Shown in pieces: positions 38,550 to 53,906 of a stretch of 64,000 bases of DNA (the first letter of the stretch is position 1; every line of letters starts with the position of its first letter). Origin of the DNA: Felis catus (taxonomy: Eukaryota); the NCBI RefSeq assembly GCF_018350175.1, contig NC_058368.1, positions 205,408,001 through 205,472,000 on the forward strand, written 5' to 3'. A model generated the notes under the pieces. It had not been told where the DNA came from, searched no databases, and saw nothing but the letters and a program-made list of their open reading frames with translations. The translations under genes were made by a program, and so were the position numbers.

Positions 38550-39505
38550 TTAAAGTGGCTTTATTGTAGCATAATACAGAGTAACGTAGAAAAGTGCTTA
38601 TATCACAGGTGTAAAGTTTGAAGAATTTTTATAGGCTGCAGACCCATGTAACCAACCCCCAGCTTCTTTAAATGGAACATGACCAGTATACCAGAAAGCC
38701 CTCCTCATGCTTCTTCTAGTCACTTTTCCTTTCCCACCACTGAACTTAACCGTTATCCTACTTCTGATCTTATACATTAGTTTTGTCTGACTTTGAACTT
38801 CATATAGAAGGAATAATTCAGTAAGTACTCTTTTGTGGTTCTTTTGCTTGACATTTTGTCTATCTGTGAGAGTCATCCATTGTTGCCAGGGGTTGTAGAT
38901 GATTCATTCTCCTTGCTCTGTGGCATTCCAACATGTGGCGATACCACAGTTTGTCTGTTCTGCTGTTGGGTAATATTGAGGAGGCTCCAGTTTTTTGGCC
39001 ATCAGGAACAGTGCTACTGTTTTTGTTGTTTGATGAACGTAAGTGTGCATTGCTGTTGGATATAGACCCAGGAGGGGAATTGCTGACATAGCATATCCCT
39101 ATGTTCAACATTAATAGAAACTGCTAATAATTTTTCAAAAGCGGTTGGGGGACGCCTGAGTGGCTCAGTTGGTTAAGCACCCGGCACTTGATCTCTGTTC
39201 AGGTCATGATCTCACGGTTTGTGAGGTCAAGCCCTATGTCAGGCTCTGTACTGACAGCATGGAGCCTGCTTGGGATTCTGTCTCTCCCTCTCTCTGCCCC
39301 TTCCCTGCCTGCAATATCTTTCTCTTTCTCTCTCTCAAAATAAATAAATCAACTTAAAAAAAAAAAAAGTGGTTGGATCAGTTTACATTCCCCTCCTCAT
39401 ATGTGAGAGTTCTGGGTGTTTCACATTCTTTCCAACACTTGGTATTTCCTTTTTTAAAATTTAGCCATTCTTTCATGTTTACAGTGGTTCTCATTGTGGT
39501 TTTTA
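38550..39505 (-). mobile_element. Old L1 3' fragment, interrupted by a SINE
   Basis: ORF 38904..39089(-) SAIPLLGLYP... is L1 ORF2-like; 3' UTR motifs. Confidence 0.7.
39147..39368 (+). mobile_element. Can-SINE inside L1
   Basis: TSD aaaag(c/t)ggttgg. Confidence 0.9.
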
Positions 39506-40023
39506 CCATAGTTCTTATAAAAATAGTTTTATAGCTTAAGTTTAAGCATTCTTCATTATCTTAGAAATGTTTATCTAGTGGTTAGAGCAGTTTTGAAACA
39601 CTTGAAGAGAGGGATAAGGTGACTAAAAACAGGGAAGTATTCATTCGGTTTTTAATCTGTCTTGTCACATTGACTTTGCTTGAAATTCTAGGTGTATTTT
39701 GCTTTGAAAAAGAATAGACATAAATAAAAAAGGCATAAACTTAGAGACCTTCACTTAATGAAAAAGCCAATACTATACACACCATTTCTAAGAAGAAATT
39801 TTACTCCAGTGTCAGTTATAGGCTCATACGTGGTAACTAAATGTACCACTCTGGTGAGTGATGTTCATAATAGGGTAGGCTATGCATGTGTAGGGTCAAG
39901 GGTATTTGGGAAATCTCTGTACCTTCCTCTCAGTGTAGTTATAAACCTAATACTGCGCTAAAAAAGATAAAGTCTTAAATAAAATTTAAAAGAGAATAAA
40001 TTGAACTCCAACCTTAGAAATAT

Positions 40024-40220
40024 TTTTTTTTAGTTTATGTATTTATTTTGAGAGAGAGAGAATGAGCAGGGGAGGGGCAGAGAGAGAGGGGGACAGAGGA
40101 TCTGAAGTGGGGTCTGTGCTGACAGCAGAGAGCCCAATGCAGGGCTCCAACTTGCAAACTGTGAAATCATGACCTGAGCCAAAGTCAGACGCTTAAGCCA
40201 CGGAGCCACCCAGACACCCC
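40024..40220 (-). mobile_element. Can-SINE
   Basis: TSD tgaactc(c/t)aacctta. Confidence 0.88.
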
Positions 40221-40873
40221 TGAACTCTAACCTTAATAGAAATATTAAACCATATTATATAAAACTTACTAGATAACGGATAACAGGATAACAGCGTTAT
40301 TCTTGCTGCCTATAATCTTTTCACTGGTTTGTGATTAATTTCCTGATTTTTTTTTTGGTATTGCTATTAAAAACGTTTAAGTGTTTAAATCTTCTTGACC
40401 TAAATATCTGTGATATAGGGAAAATGTTCATAGTTATTTATAATTTGGGTCCAAATTTCAAGAGTATGCTGTTCTTCCTCCTTTTAAATATGAGAATGCC
40501 TTGCTCGCTTTTTAGGACAGAATGAATTTCTCCATTTGGAGCTAGTGCAGATCAGGAGCGTGGCATTGCTTTTGCTTCTACATTTGCCTTCAAAGTGTAA
40601 GGCAAGATCCAGTTCATCTCTGCTTGTCTTCTACCCTGGCATCACTTTGGAGCAGTGGAAAGAATGAAAGGTGCAGGGTAGACTTGTAGGATTGGTGTGG
40701 CTTTGGATACTGGCTGTGTCACCCAAGATCTTGCCAGAAATCACTTAAAGGTTTAGAGCTTTAGTTTCCTCAGCTGTAAAATAAGGGAAGAATAGCTACC
40801 TTGCAAGGTTCTTTGGGTGGTGGGGGACTGAGAGAATATGCGTGGAATGCCCGGCAGGAGGGAATCCTTTAAA

Positions 40874-41408
<535 letters not shown>

Positions 41409-41957
41409 TAAGGCAAAGAGGATTCAGTTTTGCCAGACCAAGGAAATTTGTTTGTAGGTCACACCTGTTGATGTCTAGACTATTATTTTCTGTTGCTGTG
41501 CACGGAAAAAAAAAAAAAAAAAAAAAAAAGGGAGGTATTTCTAGTAAAAATATCTAGGCTCCAGGATAAATTTTTAAGTTCAGCACTATGATATACATTG
41601 TGCTGGAAGCCTGCAGTAGGACTTGCTGAGATGCTGGGGGATTGTCCTGAGAGTCTGTTCCTGTGAATCATAGAATTAGAAATCTGTGAGGAATATATTC
41701 TTCCTGAGACATCAGGAAAGTGGAGCCCATGGAGGGTAGAACTGGGTATGTCCCAGAATAAGTGCTGGAATCAGGGCCCGGGTCTCCAGGGAATTGATGT
41801 CAATTACCAAACAAGCCAGTTACTGCAGTTAATCTAGCAAGTCTCCACTCACTTCTTACACTACGTCTTAACTGCTTGAAGAGTTTGTCATAGAAGAAAC
41901 TTTTTGAAGTCATTTGGGTAAAACAGGGCTCTACAGGTTACATATGCATTTGTCATC

Positions 41958-42159
41958 TTTTTTTTTTAAGTTTATTTATTTATTTTGAGAGACAAAGGGT
42001 GGGTCGGGGAGGGGCAGATAGAGGGAGAGAGAGAGAGAATCCCAAGCAGGCTCTGCAGCATCAGCACAGAGCTCAATGTGGGGCTCAAACCCACAAACCT
42101 CAAGATCATGACCTGAGCCAAAGTTGGACACTTAACCGACTGAGCCACCCAGATGCCCC
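41958..42159 (-). mobile_element. Can-SINE
   Basis: Reverse head and tail. Confidence 0.88.
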
Positions 42160-42503
42160 TAGGCACTTGTCTTCTAATTTGACATCATCTGCCTTCATCT
42201 CTGAAATTGAACCCACCACTCTGCTTTATTTTTGTCAACAGAATCATTATTACCACTAACTTCACTACATTGGTAATGATGTGATCTAGCAGAATTTAAA
42301 AAATCAATAATTAACTCTCAGTATATGCTTGTCTAGAGACAGCAATGCAGGGGAGAACCGTCTTGTACCTGAGGCTATACAGCATTACGCGGGTCACACT
42401 CTGTCACTCTGCAGTGTTGTTGGGAGCGGTGTTTGTCACAGCCTCCCACTGTGCCTGGCATTTATCTGGTTTTCCTTTAAAATGAAAATAACAAAAGGTA
42501 TCC

Positions 42504-42845
42504 TGTCTTAGTCTGCTTGCACTGCTGTAACAAACTAGGTGGCTCACGCAAGAGAAAGTGATTTCTCCTTGTTCTGGCAGGTGGGAAGTACAAGATCAAG
42601 GTACAGGCTGATGTGGTTCTTGGTAGAGGGGAGGAGGGCGGGGAGAGATAGAGGACGCGCACTTGCAAATGAGGACTCTGGGCTCTCTTATTATAAAGAC
42701 ACTAATACTACTGGATCAGGGCCCTATCCTTATGACTTCATTTAACCTTAATGACTTCCATAAAGGCCGTGTCTCCAGATACAGTCACATGGGGGTTAGG
42801 GCTTCAGCATACGCATTTGCGGGGGACACAATTCAGTCGGTAGCA
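42504..42845 (-). mobile_element. MLT1-like (MaLR) LTR
   Basis: tgtcttagtctg...caagatcaagg...tatgacttcatttaaccttaat...ggggacacaattcagtc. Confidence 0.7.
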
Positions 42846-43886
42846 TATACTTTTCCTCTTCATGTTGTAGGTTGAGATCCCTTTTCCTCTGGGTTGTGGA
42901 GCCCTTGGAAATAATTTCAATTACTTCTTTTATCTTTTGCATTACCCCTTATTTTGTCAGAGGGCATGTACATGGGTGTTCCTTAGTATTTCTTTTATAT
43001 TCTTTAAGCTGAAAGAGGTCAGTGTCTCTCTGCCCACTTTGTGCCAGGTACACAGACATCGGCTCTGGCACCTTGTTTTGCAGCCTGTGAGCCAGAGAAG
43101 CGTTGATAAAGTGGTAGGGGTGAGGACTCCCTTTGGGGTTTGGATGCAGGGGGCTGGTGGTACCTGCAGAGAGCCTGTATGTAGAAATTGCCCACTTTTA
43201 GGCTCTTGCCCAGATGGACAGAGAGAAGGAATAAAGGTATTCAAGAAGGGTGGACATAAAAAATACTTTATGGTAGGGGCTGTTATTATGGTTGTTTTGA
43301 TGGTTTAATTTTGTGAATGTTATTAACTTAAAACAAAATGGAGTTATCTCTGTCCGTTAAATGGAATAGAGAAACAGTTATCTGGAAGATTTTCGGTTGT
43401 GCCTCAAATCCTACCTTCCCCAGATTATCCCACCTACTTCAATGACTCAATGTCTGAAGTCCCAACTTTTAGTGCCTGCTTTGAGTTTAGTATTTGAAGG
43501 CCCCAGCTAAAGTAGAAATTGTTTTCACAAAGTAGAAATTTGTTTTCCGTATTAACATATTGTCATTAATACCTAAATCAGTTCTTACTACTGAATGGCC
43601 AGTCAGTTATCTAGCATGAATATGATGTAGCTAGACCATAACAATAGGTTTCAGTGTTAGGGAGGGTATCAGGAAATATTCAGAGCCAGAGTTGTTCCCC
43701 TGTGGGGAAAATTGGGTGGAAAAGTAATTGGGGGAAGGAGGGAGCTAGGGAAATCAGGTTTAAATCTCTGGTACCTAGGAATGTGATAAAGATGATCAAA
43801 AGAGGGTACAAGAAACTTTGCATACAGCCGTTTCTACCCAGAGGTAGAATTTAAAGTACTCTTAGCTTTTAAAAACCAAATTACTA

Positions 43887-44105
43887 GGGCATGTGGGTGG
43901 CTCAGTCAGTTAAGTGTCCGACTTGGGCTCAGGTCATGATCTCATAGTTTGTGATTTCGAGCCCCACGTTGGTCTCTTGTGTTGTCAGCACAGAACTCAT
44001 TTCAGATCCTCCGTTTTCCTCTCTCTCTGCCCCTCCCCTGCTTGCTGTCTCCCTCTCTCTCTCTCAAAAATAAATAAACAAACAAACAAACAAACAGAAA
44101 AACCA
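43887..44105 (+). mobile_element. Can-SINE with an (AAAC)n tail
   Basis: Head gggcatgtgggtggctcag; TSD-like aaattac. Confidence 0.88.
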
Positions 44106-44495
44106 ACAAATTACCTATATGTTGTATAATCTTTGCTTAACTTCGGATTTTTTCTTCATTAGATAATGTGTTAGATGAAATGCTTATAAGAATGTTTTGG
44201 AATAAAACAAAGTGAACATATTATTATGTAATAATGGCGTTGTAATGGCATTGTTGTCAATGATAAGATTCAGGCTATACCTACATATGGCACACAGTAA
44301 AACACAACATTTAAATACATGTTTTTCAATAAATGTAAATTATATACTTCAGGCTTAAAAATTGATTTTAACACATTACAGATAGACTGATGTAGATTAT
44401 GATGTCAGGAGAGCAGTGGGGGCTAGAAAGCTGAGATCCTGATTATACAAACAAGCAGTTACATTTGAATGTGGGTTAAGAATTGAGAGATTGTT

Positions 44496-44696
44496 GGGGC
44501 ACCTGGGTGGCTCAGTTGGTTGAGTGTCTGACTTCAGCTCAGGTCATGATCTCGCCATCCGTGAGTTCAAGCCCCGCGTCGGGCTTTGTGCTGACAGCTC
44601 AGAGCCTGGAGCCTGCTGCAGATTTTGTCTCCCTCTCTCTCTGCCCCTCCCCCACTCACGCTGTCTCTCAAAAATGAATAAACGTTAAAAAAAAAA
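44496..44696 (+). mobile_element. Can-SINE ~210 nt upstream of exon 5
   Basis: TSD aagaattgaga(g/a)attgttg. Confidence 0.92.
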
Positions 44697-44905
44697 GAAT
44701 TGAGAAATTGTTGTCTAGAGGTGCAGTACTTGTTTTAAATTAATATAGCATACAGTGTTCGTGAAATACAGCAATATACAATGCTCGGTCCGATTTAGAA
44801 TGATAAACTTCTAGAGAGAGGAACCATGTCTGTACGTGTTTCTGTATCCACATACAGAAGTGTGCTTAATGAACTTTTTATGGTGTGCCGATTGCTCACT
44901 CGTAG

Positions 44906-45130
<225 letters not shown>

Positions 45131-46434
45131 TAAGGATTAAATCACTTCAGTGTGAGAAGACACTGTCCTTCATTTATGTGAATACGCTAGGTAACATTTC
45201 TAGCTAAAACTGAGCATCCTCTAGTAATTAAAATCACATAGAGAAACTCAAATAAATAAATGAGAAGAAAAGAAACTGTAATCTATATAAGATGTGTGAG
45301 CCAAGATTAGTTTTCTGATAAGTTTTAACAAATGTAAGAGCATTTATAACTTCTGACTATGCGTATGTGGAAGATAGAGTAGATGTGTGATATATATCAT
45401 AGCAAACTCTTCATGCTCAAGCCCCTACTGACTGTGGATGAAGGAATTAAAAAAAAAAAAGACATCGTATGTTTGCATGCAATATTGAAAAGTAGGGGGC
45501 AGTTGTAATTACATAATAGAACATTTATACCGTCTCCTTTATCCTTCATTTTGTATAGTGGACATACGGAGCTGATGGACTACTTCAGTTATATTTACAG
45601 TGCTGGGTAGGATGGAGTACGCTAGGTAGCTTCACTCACATACTAGAAAAGAATGGAACTCTAGATATAGAAATTTGAGATACTTAGATTTGAGCCAGTT
45701 TTAAAAATTACACAGGCCGGTATTCCATTACTGTATTTTCAGTACCTCTTGCTTCTCTCTGGCCCCATGGCTCAAGAGCAGTAACACCGGTTTGCAGAAA
45801 TGCTCAGCTTAGCTCTAAGGAAGTGACAACTTAGTAAATCAAGGGACCTCTTATCACTTATGGTGATTTTTATAAACATTTTTTTTTTTTTTGCTTATAG
45901 GGATGTTAGCTCTGCACCTCCATATTTTGAGAGAAGATGAAAGGTCATTGAACATGCCCCTTGCTGTTCACTGTTTGTCTCTAGCAGTGTCCTCCATCTG
46001 GAGCTTTGCCTTTCTGCTTAGAATGACCTATATTGACTCAAAGCTTTGATTAACATTTTTTTTTTTTTTATATTCTATCTTGCTCCTTTACTACCTAATT
46101 AGGTTTAAAAAGTTTTTGACAAAGTAAGACAGGAGTCTAATTATTAAAATGGATCTTAGTGATGTAGATAATGATGCTCAGAAAAATTGGGTTAATACTT
46201 CGAGGGTTTGCTAGGAGTTACAGCATTAACTCGCCTTGGGAAAACATAGGATAGACTAGAGTCTGTCCTGAATGCCTGGGTTCATTGTTGCCTGGAGTCA
46301 GCTGCACAAACCTAATAGTTTTGTACTTTTGTCTCAATTACCTAGGAATGTGACAAATAATTTCTTGAAATGATTCTTGTTAGCTCTTTACTTCCCCTAC
46401 TTGTGGTAGAAAGAGGAGGTGAGTAAATGCCTTA

Positions 46435-47830
46435 ATTCAGTGACATTTATTAAGGTCCTACTCTTTGCCAGGCACTAGCCTAAGTATGGTAGAAAAGGCA
46501 ATGATCTAGACCCAGGCCCCCTCTAGTGGAAGAACAAGGAATGAATTAACAAACACGTAATGTCAGTGATGAAAGTGCTGTGAAGAAAAATCCCGTAGTG
46601 TAAGGGCAGAGAGAATGGTCAGTGGCCAGGGAGGTTGCGTTCCAGATTGGGTCCAGGAAAACCTCTCTGAGGAAGTGACAGTTGGTAGATACAGAAATAA
46701 AACAAGAGAATGAGTCGGGTGAGGATTATAGGGTTGTGCTCTGGTCAGAAGGAGAAGACAAGGTCCTGCGGCAGGATAGCCCAGTTTGTGGAACAACAGC
46801 AGGACAGTGGACCGGAACAGCATAAATGAGGTAGAGAGTGGTAGGATGGGAGGCTGAAACGAGGCTGCAGCCAGATCGTGAGTTTGGGTTTTACTGAGTG
46901 CAATGAGAGGTTCCGAAGTGGGAGAGTAGTGTAGTCCAAGTTCCATTTTGGAAGCATCACTGTGGCTGCTGGGTAGTTTTCTGGTGGGGGTACAAGAGCA
47001 GAAGCAGTGAGAGAGCTTAAGAGACTGTTGTATCCATCCAGGTGGGAGTGGAAGTTGTTTAGACTGAGGTGAAACGGTGGAACTTGTGGGGAAGGGGTTG
47101 GAATCCAGACATACGTTGATGGCAGAGCTAGTAGGATTTACCAATGGATTGGTTGTGGGCTATGAGGAAAGACAAGAACCAAGCCTGCTGCTTTTTGAGA
47201 TGGACGAAGTACGGGGGTGATCAAAGAGCCCTGTCTGGGACTGGGTGCGTTTGACATGTCCTTTAGGCTCCAGCAGAAGCTGCTCGGTAGTCTCTAGCTT
47301 GGGGAGGGTTTAGAGCTGGGATAGGGGATTGGAGCCATCAGCGTGTAGTAGTTAAATCTGTGGAACTGGATGAGTGTCTAGGGCTGGAGTGCAGGTAGAG
47401 AAAACTCTTTTGCATTTGAAGGGTGGGAAGAGCGAAAAGAGAAGCAAAGAAGGGGAAAGTATCTAGTCTGTGAAGAGAAAATCAAGGGGAGTGTGGCAAC
47501 TTGAAAGACAAGGGAGATCTTACAAAGTGGGGAGTGATCAGCACTGTCCCATTGAGAAGAGGTGGTGTAACAGGAGGGGGCATTGAGCCCTGGTGACCTT
47601 AAAGAATGATTTTTCTAGGGGTGCCTGGCTGGCTTAGTCAGAAGAGCATGTGACTCTTGATCTCGGAGTCATGAGTTCCTACATTAGGTGTAAAGATTAC
47701 TTAAATAAACAAACAAACTTAAAAAGAAAAAGATTGTTCTGGATGGGAGGATTTTTCTGGAATGATAGAAATTTGATCAGAGTGGATTTGAGAAAGGGCT
47801 GAAAAAAGAGGAAGTGGCAACCGGGGCACA
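46435..47830 (-). mobile_element. Degenerate L2 fragment(s)
   Basis: catttattaaggtcctactctttgccaggcact at the start, followed by purine-rich L2-like sequence. Confidence 0.5.
47618..47730 (+). mobile_element. Short, older Can-SINE
   Basis: ggggtgcctggctggcttagtc...gactcttgatctc. Confidence 0.75.
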
Positions 47831-48156
47831 CAGAACTCTTTCAAGTGAGTGTAATAGTGTGGCAAAACCAATCCCTTCCCTGTTTTAAAATTTTAGAATG
47901 TCAGCACTCAGTAACTGCTGGTTTGTAGACCCATCAGAAAATTGTATAATTGGAATAGGGCAAAAAAAGTCGTTTTTTTCACATTGCCCTGGGTTAGCAT
48001 ATATTTAGATCTGTATGTAGGTTTCCAGATCTGTATGCAACATACTCTCATCTGTTATCATTAGTGTTTACAGTAATGACTTTGAAATACACAAGGCTCT
48101 TGAAAAAGCTGTATGTTGATGTGCAGTTTATAAATAGCTTTTGTATGATTTATCTA

Positions 48157-48158
<2 letters not shown>

Positions 48159-48193
<35 letters not shown>

Positions 48194-48391
48194 GTTTATT
48201 TATTTTTGAGACAGAGAGAGACAGAGCATGAACGGGGGAAGGGCGGAGAGAGAGGGACACAGAATCGGAAGCAGGCTCCAGGCTCTGAGCCATCAGCCCA
48301 GAGCCTGACGCGGGGCTCGAACTCACAGACCGCGAGATCGTGACCTGAGCCGAAGTCGGACGCTTAACCGACCGAGCCACCCAGGCGCTCC
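48159..48391 (-). mobile_element. Young Can-SINE with a long pure poly(A) tail
   Basis: TSD gatttatctaagttt; T run of about 33. Confidence 0.93.
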
Positions 48392-48575
48392 GATTTATCT
48401 AAGTTTCATATTAATAAGATCCTCCATCAGTGATCCCCTAAATTCATTAATATTTTCTAGCAGAAAGTGGGATAAAACCTTTAAAGAAGCTGTTGATTAA
48501 GAAGGGATTTCTGCTTTAAACCATAAAGAAAAGTAACTATACAGAACTTTCTCCTGAAGTTTTCTGTGATGTGCA

Positions 48576-48601
48576 TGCAGTTTGTCCACTAGAGGGCGTA
48601 G
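48576..48601 (+). promoter_or_regulatory. CTCF motif (intron 5)
   Basis: TGCAGTTTGTCCACTAGAGGGCGTAG: core CCACTAGAGGGCG with a TGCAG just upstream. Confidence 0.65.
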
Positions 48602-49514
48602 TATGAGCGAGAATGGAGCTCCGCCTTCCTATGGCTCCAGTCCCGTGTAGGATGGGGCACAAGCATTGACGTTGTTTCTTCTTTTCTTTGTTTCAATTCC
48701 CAGAGCTAAACACCCAAGAAGAAAAAAGGAACAAAATGCCATGGCATAGTTTTACTTTATGCTGCTTCTTCCCGCTCCCCTTTCCATGTGTAGTAGAATT
48801 AAAAGGCAATACAATACAGAAGTCAATAGCATTCCTTTAAACAGTAACGATAGAAAAGGAGGTGTAATAGAATAACATAGAACTTTCATAGTAGCATAAA
48901 AACACCATGAAGTACCTATGAATAAACCTAAAAAACGTATACAAAGTTTTTTTGGGGGAAGAATTATCAAGCAATTCAAACAAGTAAAAGGAGATTTCAA
49001 AAAATATAGGCGTGTATTTAACTCACGGGTGGAAAGCACGTCAGTTCTCCAATGTCATCTACAGGTTCTAGGAATTCCAATTAATATCTCAACAGATGGT
49101 TATAGATTAATTAGAGATGAATGGATTTTTATAACTATTTTATGTACAAAATACATTGACGATTTTATGAGGCTTACATAGTTTTTTTTCCTGGGGTGGA
49201 GGAAATGTTCAATGTATATAACTTATGCACATAAATAATGAGTGCTAACACAGTCTGTGCCTTTGGCATATAGAACTTGCACTTCCTCCAGTTTACTAAG
49301 CTCTCTCTTGCTGCTGAGTCTCTGCACATGCTGTTCCCAGTTCCCCTTCCACCACTTTGATCAAATCCTAATTGCCTACCACTCCTCACCCTTGAGTCCT
49401 CAAGTTCAGATTGTCCTCCCTCTGAGAAACCTTCCCTGACTAGGCTCGTATCCTTATTATCTGCTTCTATCAGAGCACATACCACAGCCAAACAAGACTT
49501 CTGCAAATATCTGA

Positions 49515-49646
<132 letters not shown>

Positions 49647-49804
49647 TAGTATGATGGTTTTATGCAAAGCAATGCAATTAATGCAAAGTTGCATTTCAGC
49701 AACTTTACATTTCCTGAATTATGTTTACAAAATAAATATCTTGGTGTATTTGGTGTTTAAAAATTCATTTAAAAAGTGGCTTACAATCAAACCAACCCAC
49801 AGGT

Positions 49805-49806
<2 letters not shown>

Positions 49807-49859
<53 letters not shown>

Positions 49860-49932
49860 CATATATATATATACATATATATACGTATACATATATATGT
49901 ATATATATATATATACTGATGTATGTGTGTGT
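49807..49932. repeat. (GT)n(AT)n compound microsatellite in intron 6
   Basis: Directly visible. Confidence 0.95.
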
Positions 49933-50693
49933 GCAAGGCAACTGCTTTTGCTGAGATGTGGTGTGCTTCTGGGAATCTGTTCTGATTGGCTGGTGCCCAC
50001 ATTGAATGGCATTTGAATCTATATACCCTTGTATATAGTTACATACAAACGATTTTTCCATGTGTGTTTTAGTTGCCAGGAAAGGTACAGTGTTGAGACA
50101 TGCTTAGCAAATGTGACAAAAACACACAATTGTATTTAATTTTGATATTGTTATTGATATGCATTGTCTTAAAGGGCCTATGTGATTTTGATATTCTGGA
50201 AAGATACTGCTCCTAACCATTTAGATCAGTTCTTTTCCAGTCCTGTTGGTGTCTACTAGGAAATACGTATGTAGGTTCTAATGAAAAGTTGATTAATCTT
50301 GATAATCCTGAACTTTCATTCTTGTTATCTGGATAGCCACAGATATTAAGCCACAGGCTTAATAGATTTCAAGATCTTTTGATTACCCTAAGCATACTAA
50401 ATACCAAGTATTTAGTATCTTGGATTTATACATTATATGGTTGTATTTGAAAATTGTACCACCTTTGAATATACATAAGCAAATTTTCCAAAATGTGTGG
50501 TCTTGAAGACTTCACTTGTTAGGTTACAGAAATAGTTTCTTTTGTATAATATGGTCATTTACTGTTTTAGTGGTTTTTTATCTTTACCAAATGCAACACT
50601 GGTGTGATCACAATTAAATTCTCAGTGACCACTCTCATGTCATTTTTGTTGATTTCTGAAGACCTTATATGATATTAATACTATATTTGATTT

Positions 50694-51326
50694 TTTTTAT
50701 AACTTGTTTTATTTTTTATTTTTTAAAATTTACATCCAAATTAGTTAGCATATAGTGCAACAATGATTTCAGGAGTAGATTCCTTAGTGCCCCTTATTCA
50801 TTTAGCCCACCCCCCCCCACCCCTCCAGTAATGCTGTTTGTTCTCCATATTTATGAGTCTCTTATGTTTTGTCCCCCTCCCTGTTTTTATATTATTTTTG
50901 TTTCCCTTCCCTTTATGTTCATCTGTTTTGTTTCTTAAAGTCCTCATATGAGTGAAGTCATATGACATTTGTCTTTCTCTGACTAATTTCTCTTAGCATC
51001 ATACCCTCCAGTTCCATCCACGTAGTTGCAAATGGCAAGATTTCATTCTTTTTGATTGTCGAGTAATACTCCATTGTATATATATACCACATCTTCTTTA
51101 TCCATTCATCCATCGATGGACATTTGGGCTCTTTCCATACTTTGGCTATTGTGGATAGTGCTGCTATAAATATGGGGATGCATGTGTCCCTTCAAAACAG
51201 CACACCTGTGTACCATGCATAAATGCCTAGTAGTGCAATTGCTGGGTTGTAGGGTAGTTCTATTTTTAGTTTTTTGAGGAACTTCCATACTGTTTTCCAG
51301 AGTGGCTGCACCAGCTTGTATTCCCA
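50694..51326 (-). mobile_element. 5'-truncated carnivore L1 (ORF2 C-terminus plus 3' UTR)
   Basis: 12-bp TSD tatatttgattt (50682-50693 / 51327-51338); ORF 51106..51327(-) [14 protein letters not shown]. Confidence 0.9.
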
Positions 51327-51465
51327 TATATTTGATTTCTTGAATTCAACCAGTTTTTGATTACAGCTAATTTTGGAAGTTACACATTTTGCATCCTATC
51401 TTATTTGACACCTTGGTAAAATGTTTGCAAAGCTTAGTTGCTTTTTTAAAAAGATTAATGAAATT

Positions 51466-51660
51466 GGGGCATCTAGGGGGCTCAGTCGGTTAAGTATCCG
51501 ACTCTTGATTTCGCCTCAGGTCATGATCTCAGAGTTTGTGAGTTCTGGCCCCATGCGCTGTCAGTGCAGAGCCTAGTTGGGATTCTCCCTCTCTCATCCC
51601 CTCTCTCTTGTGCTTTCTCTCTCTCTTTCTCTCAAAACAAATAAACTTTAAAAAATTAAA
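51466..51660 (+). mobile_element. Can-SINE
   Basis: TSD attaatgaaattg. Confidence 0.88.
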
Positions 51661-52856
51661 GAAGATATTAATGAAATTGTATAGAAGCAAATGGAAATGA
51701 ATGATTTAAAATATTTCCATGCGTTTGTCCTGTGATTCACTGCCTGGCTCTACTATCTTAAGGACTGCACAAGGGCTGTTCTGAGCATTTATTTATGCCT
51801 GTGGCTCTTGAGATTTGATATGAGATGAGACCGCCTATCAGTAATAGTCAAGTGACTTAGATTCTTAGGATACTGGCTTCCAGGATGACCCTCTTGTTTA
51901 GTGGGACAACTGGGAAGAGGTCTGTCTAGGCCATTGGTAGAATAGCCCTGCCTGCCTTTGCCTGTGGCCACACTGCTCTTGGAGCTTTCAGTGCTGTTTT
52001 GACGTCTAGTGGAATCCAACACAGAAACTTGTGGAAGTACCCAAGGACCTCTCTCTCTGGGACATGCCTGAGTTTATATTTATCCTTGAATCCCAGTGAG
52101 ATAAACATTGGTGGCCTAAAAGAGCTAGTAAAAGAGAGCTGTAACTCATTTCCCTTTATGAAATGAGTTTTCCACCAACTTACCTTCTCAGAAACAAAAA
52201 ATACATTGAATTTTTTATGGATAGTGGTGGTGCATTAAGTTAAGAACTTGGGAGTGCAAAACCGTCAGCAAAATTGGCACTTTCTTGAAGTTTTTACACC
52301 TCAGGGTCTGATGTGGGTGTTGTACTTCAAATAATTTCATTAGAAATTGGTTCCCCGGAATGATCTTTATAGATGATTCACACATTACCAGTGAATGTTT
52401 CATTTAAATTCAGCAGTAAGTTTCTCTTTAATAGAGAATATAATTACTATACCTTCTCATATAAAGCACTTGCTACTTTTCTTAATATTTTAACAAGACC
52501 AAGTTTAGTGAAATCCATAACTATAGAAACAAAGTGGCATCTCAGTTAAAAGATTCAGGCAAATAGTTTGAAATAGAGTAGATTTATTAATATCTATTTT
52601 ATCTTTCTGTGTATAATCATATGTTGAACATGAAAAATAGTCCCTCTTCTCCTCCATAAAAGCTATATAACTGAATGAAGTGACCATTAAATTGTTTTTA
52701 TTTATAAAATAGTTTTAATACTTATGGAAAATCTGATACATTCTTTTAAAAAATTCACAGAGTTTTAGTTTATAGAAATTATTTTAATTTATAATGAAAG
52801 CTGAGAGAGGCTCTTCTTATTTTTGGTCTTCTTTCCCCACTTTCCCCCACTCCTAA

Positions 52857-52964
<108 letters not shown>

Positions 52965-53906
52965 TAAACTTGATGTTATGTATTAGTTCAGAAAATGTAC
53001 AGCAGTTCATTTGTTTTCTGGAGGATAAACAATGACAAGTTTAAAATTTTGGATATCGAAGAATTCTATTTCAATGTATAGTAGTTGAAATTTTACTGTA
53101 ACGGCAACTTTCTGGTTAGCTAGGGTCTCACTAGAATGCTCTCTTTGAGATCAAGCTATGAGACTGACCAGCTTATAAAAGTCCTTTGGTACTTGAGTGA
53201 AATAGACCATGTTGGGTAAAATTGCAAGATGAATTTTTATATACAGAATCCCAAAAATATAGTAAGTTGTGTCAGAAGTTCATTATCTTAGATACTGTGA
53301 ATTCTTTAAGGAAGAAAGAGGGGGTAGTACAAATAATTGTTTTGTTGTGGCTCTGTTTGGAACAGTTGAATTAAGGAACTGACTGACTCTTCTTTGGACA
53401 TCTCAAGGTGTGGGAGACCGTTGCTAGCGTTAACACTCTGTGACAGAAATAGGTACTTACACCCATTTTGTTGGGTATAATGACCCATTTTATTTACATG
53501 TATTTGAACCTGAGAGGAGACTTTGTAATGATTCTTGAGGCTTTGAGAATCGCCTTGGAACCAAATTTTCACAAAAGTTTGAGACAGTTTTTCCTTGGGA
53601 GAGCTTTATAGGAACCCATCGTGGGATCTGGAAATGAGAATATATGTTCTGGGTTTTTCTCATGATGGTAGTGTTGTATGTGGCATCTTTTGACTTCTGC
53701 ATACATTTGGCCAAGATGGTATTTCATGGAATCAGTACGGTGGTATTTTTAAAAAATCAAATGTTAGAATTCAGTTCATCTCTTGGAAAGTGAAGTATAT
53801 TATTTTTATTTTTAAAGTTCTGGAGGATGTAGTACCTTCAACCCAGGCCTGGTGGTTTCTTTGCAATGACTTCAGTATATATTCTGCATTTAAAATGGAC
53901 AATGTT

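Noticed and set aside
45880..46129. Possible cryptic exon 45901-46123 (poly-T acceptor, AAA|GTAAGA donor)
   Set aside because: Weak exonic donor positions and a homopolymer-derived tract; no further support
46563..47144. 193-aa minus-strand ORF
   Set aside because: Lies in degenerate L2-like sequence; S/P/L-rich; no splice or homology support
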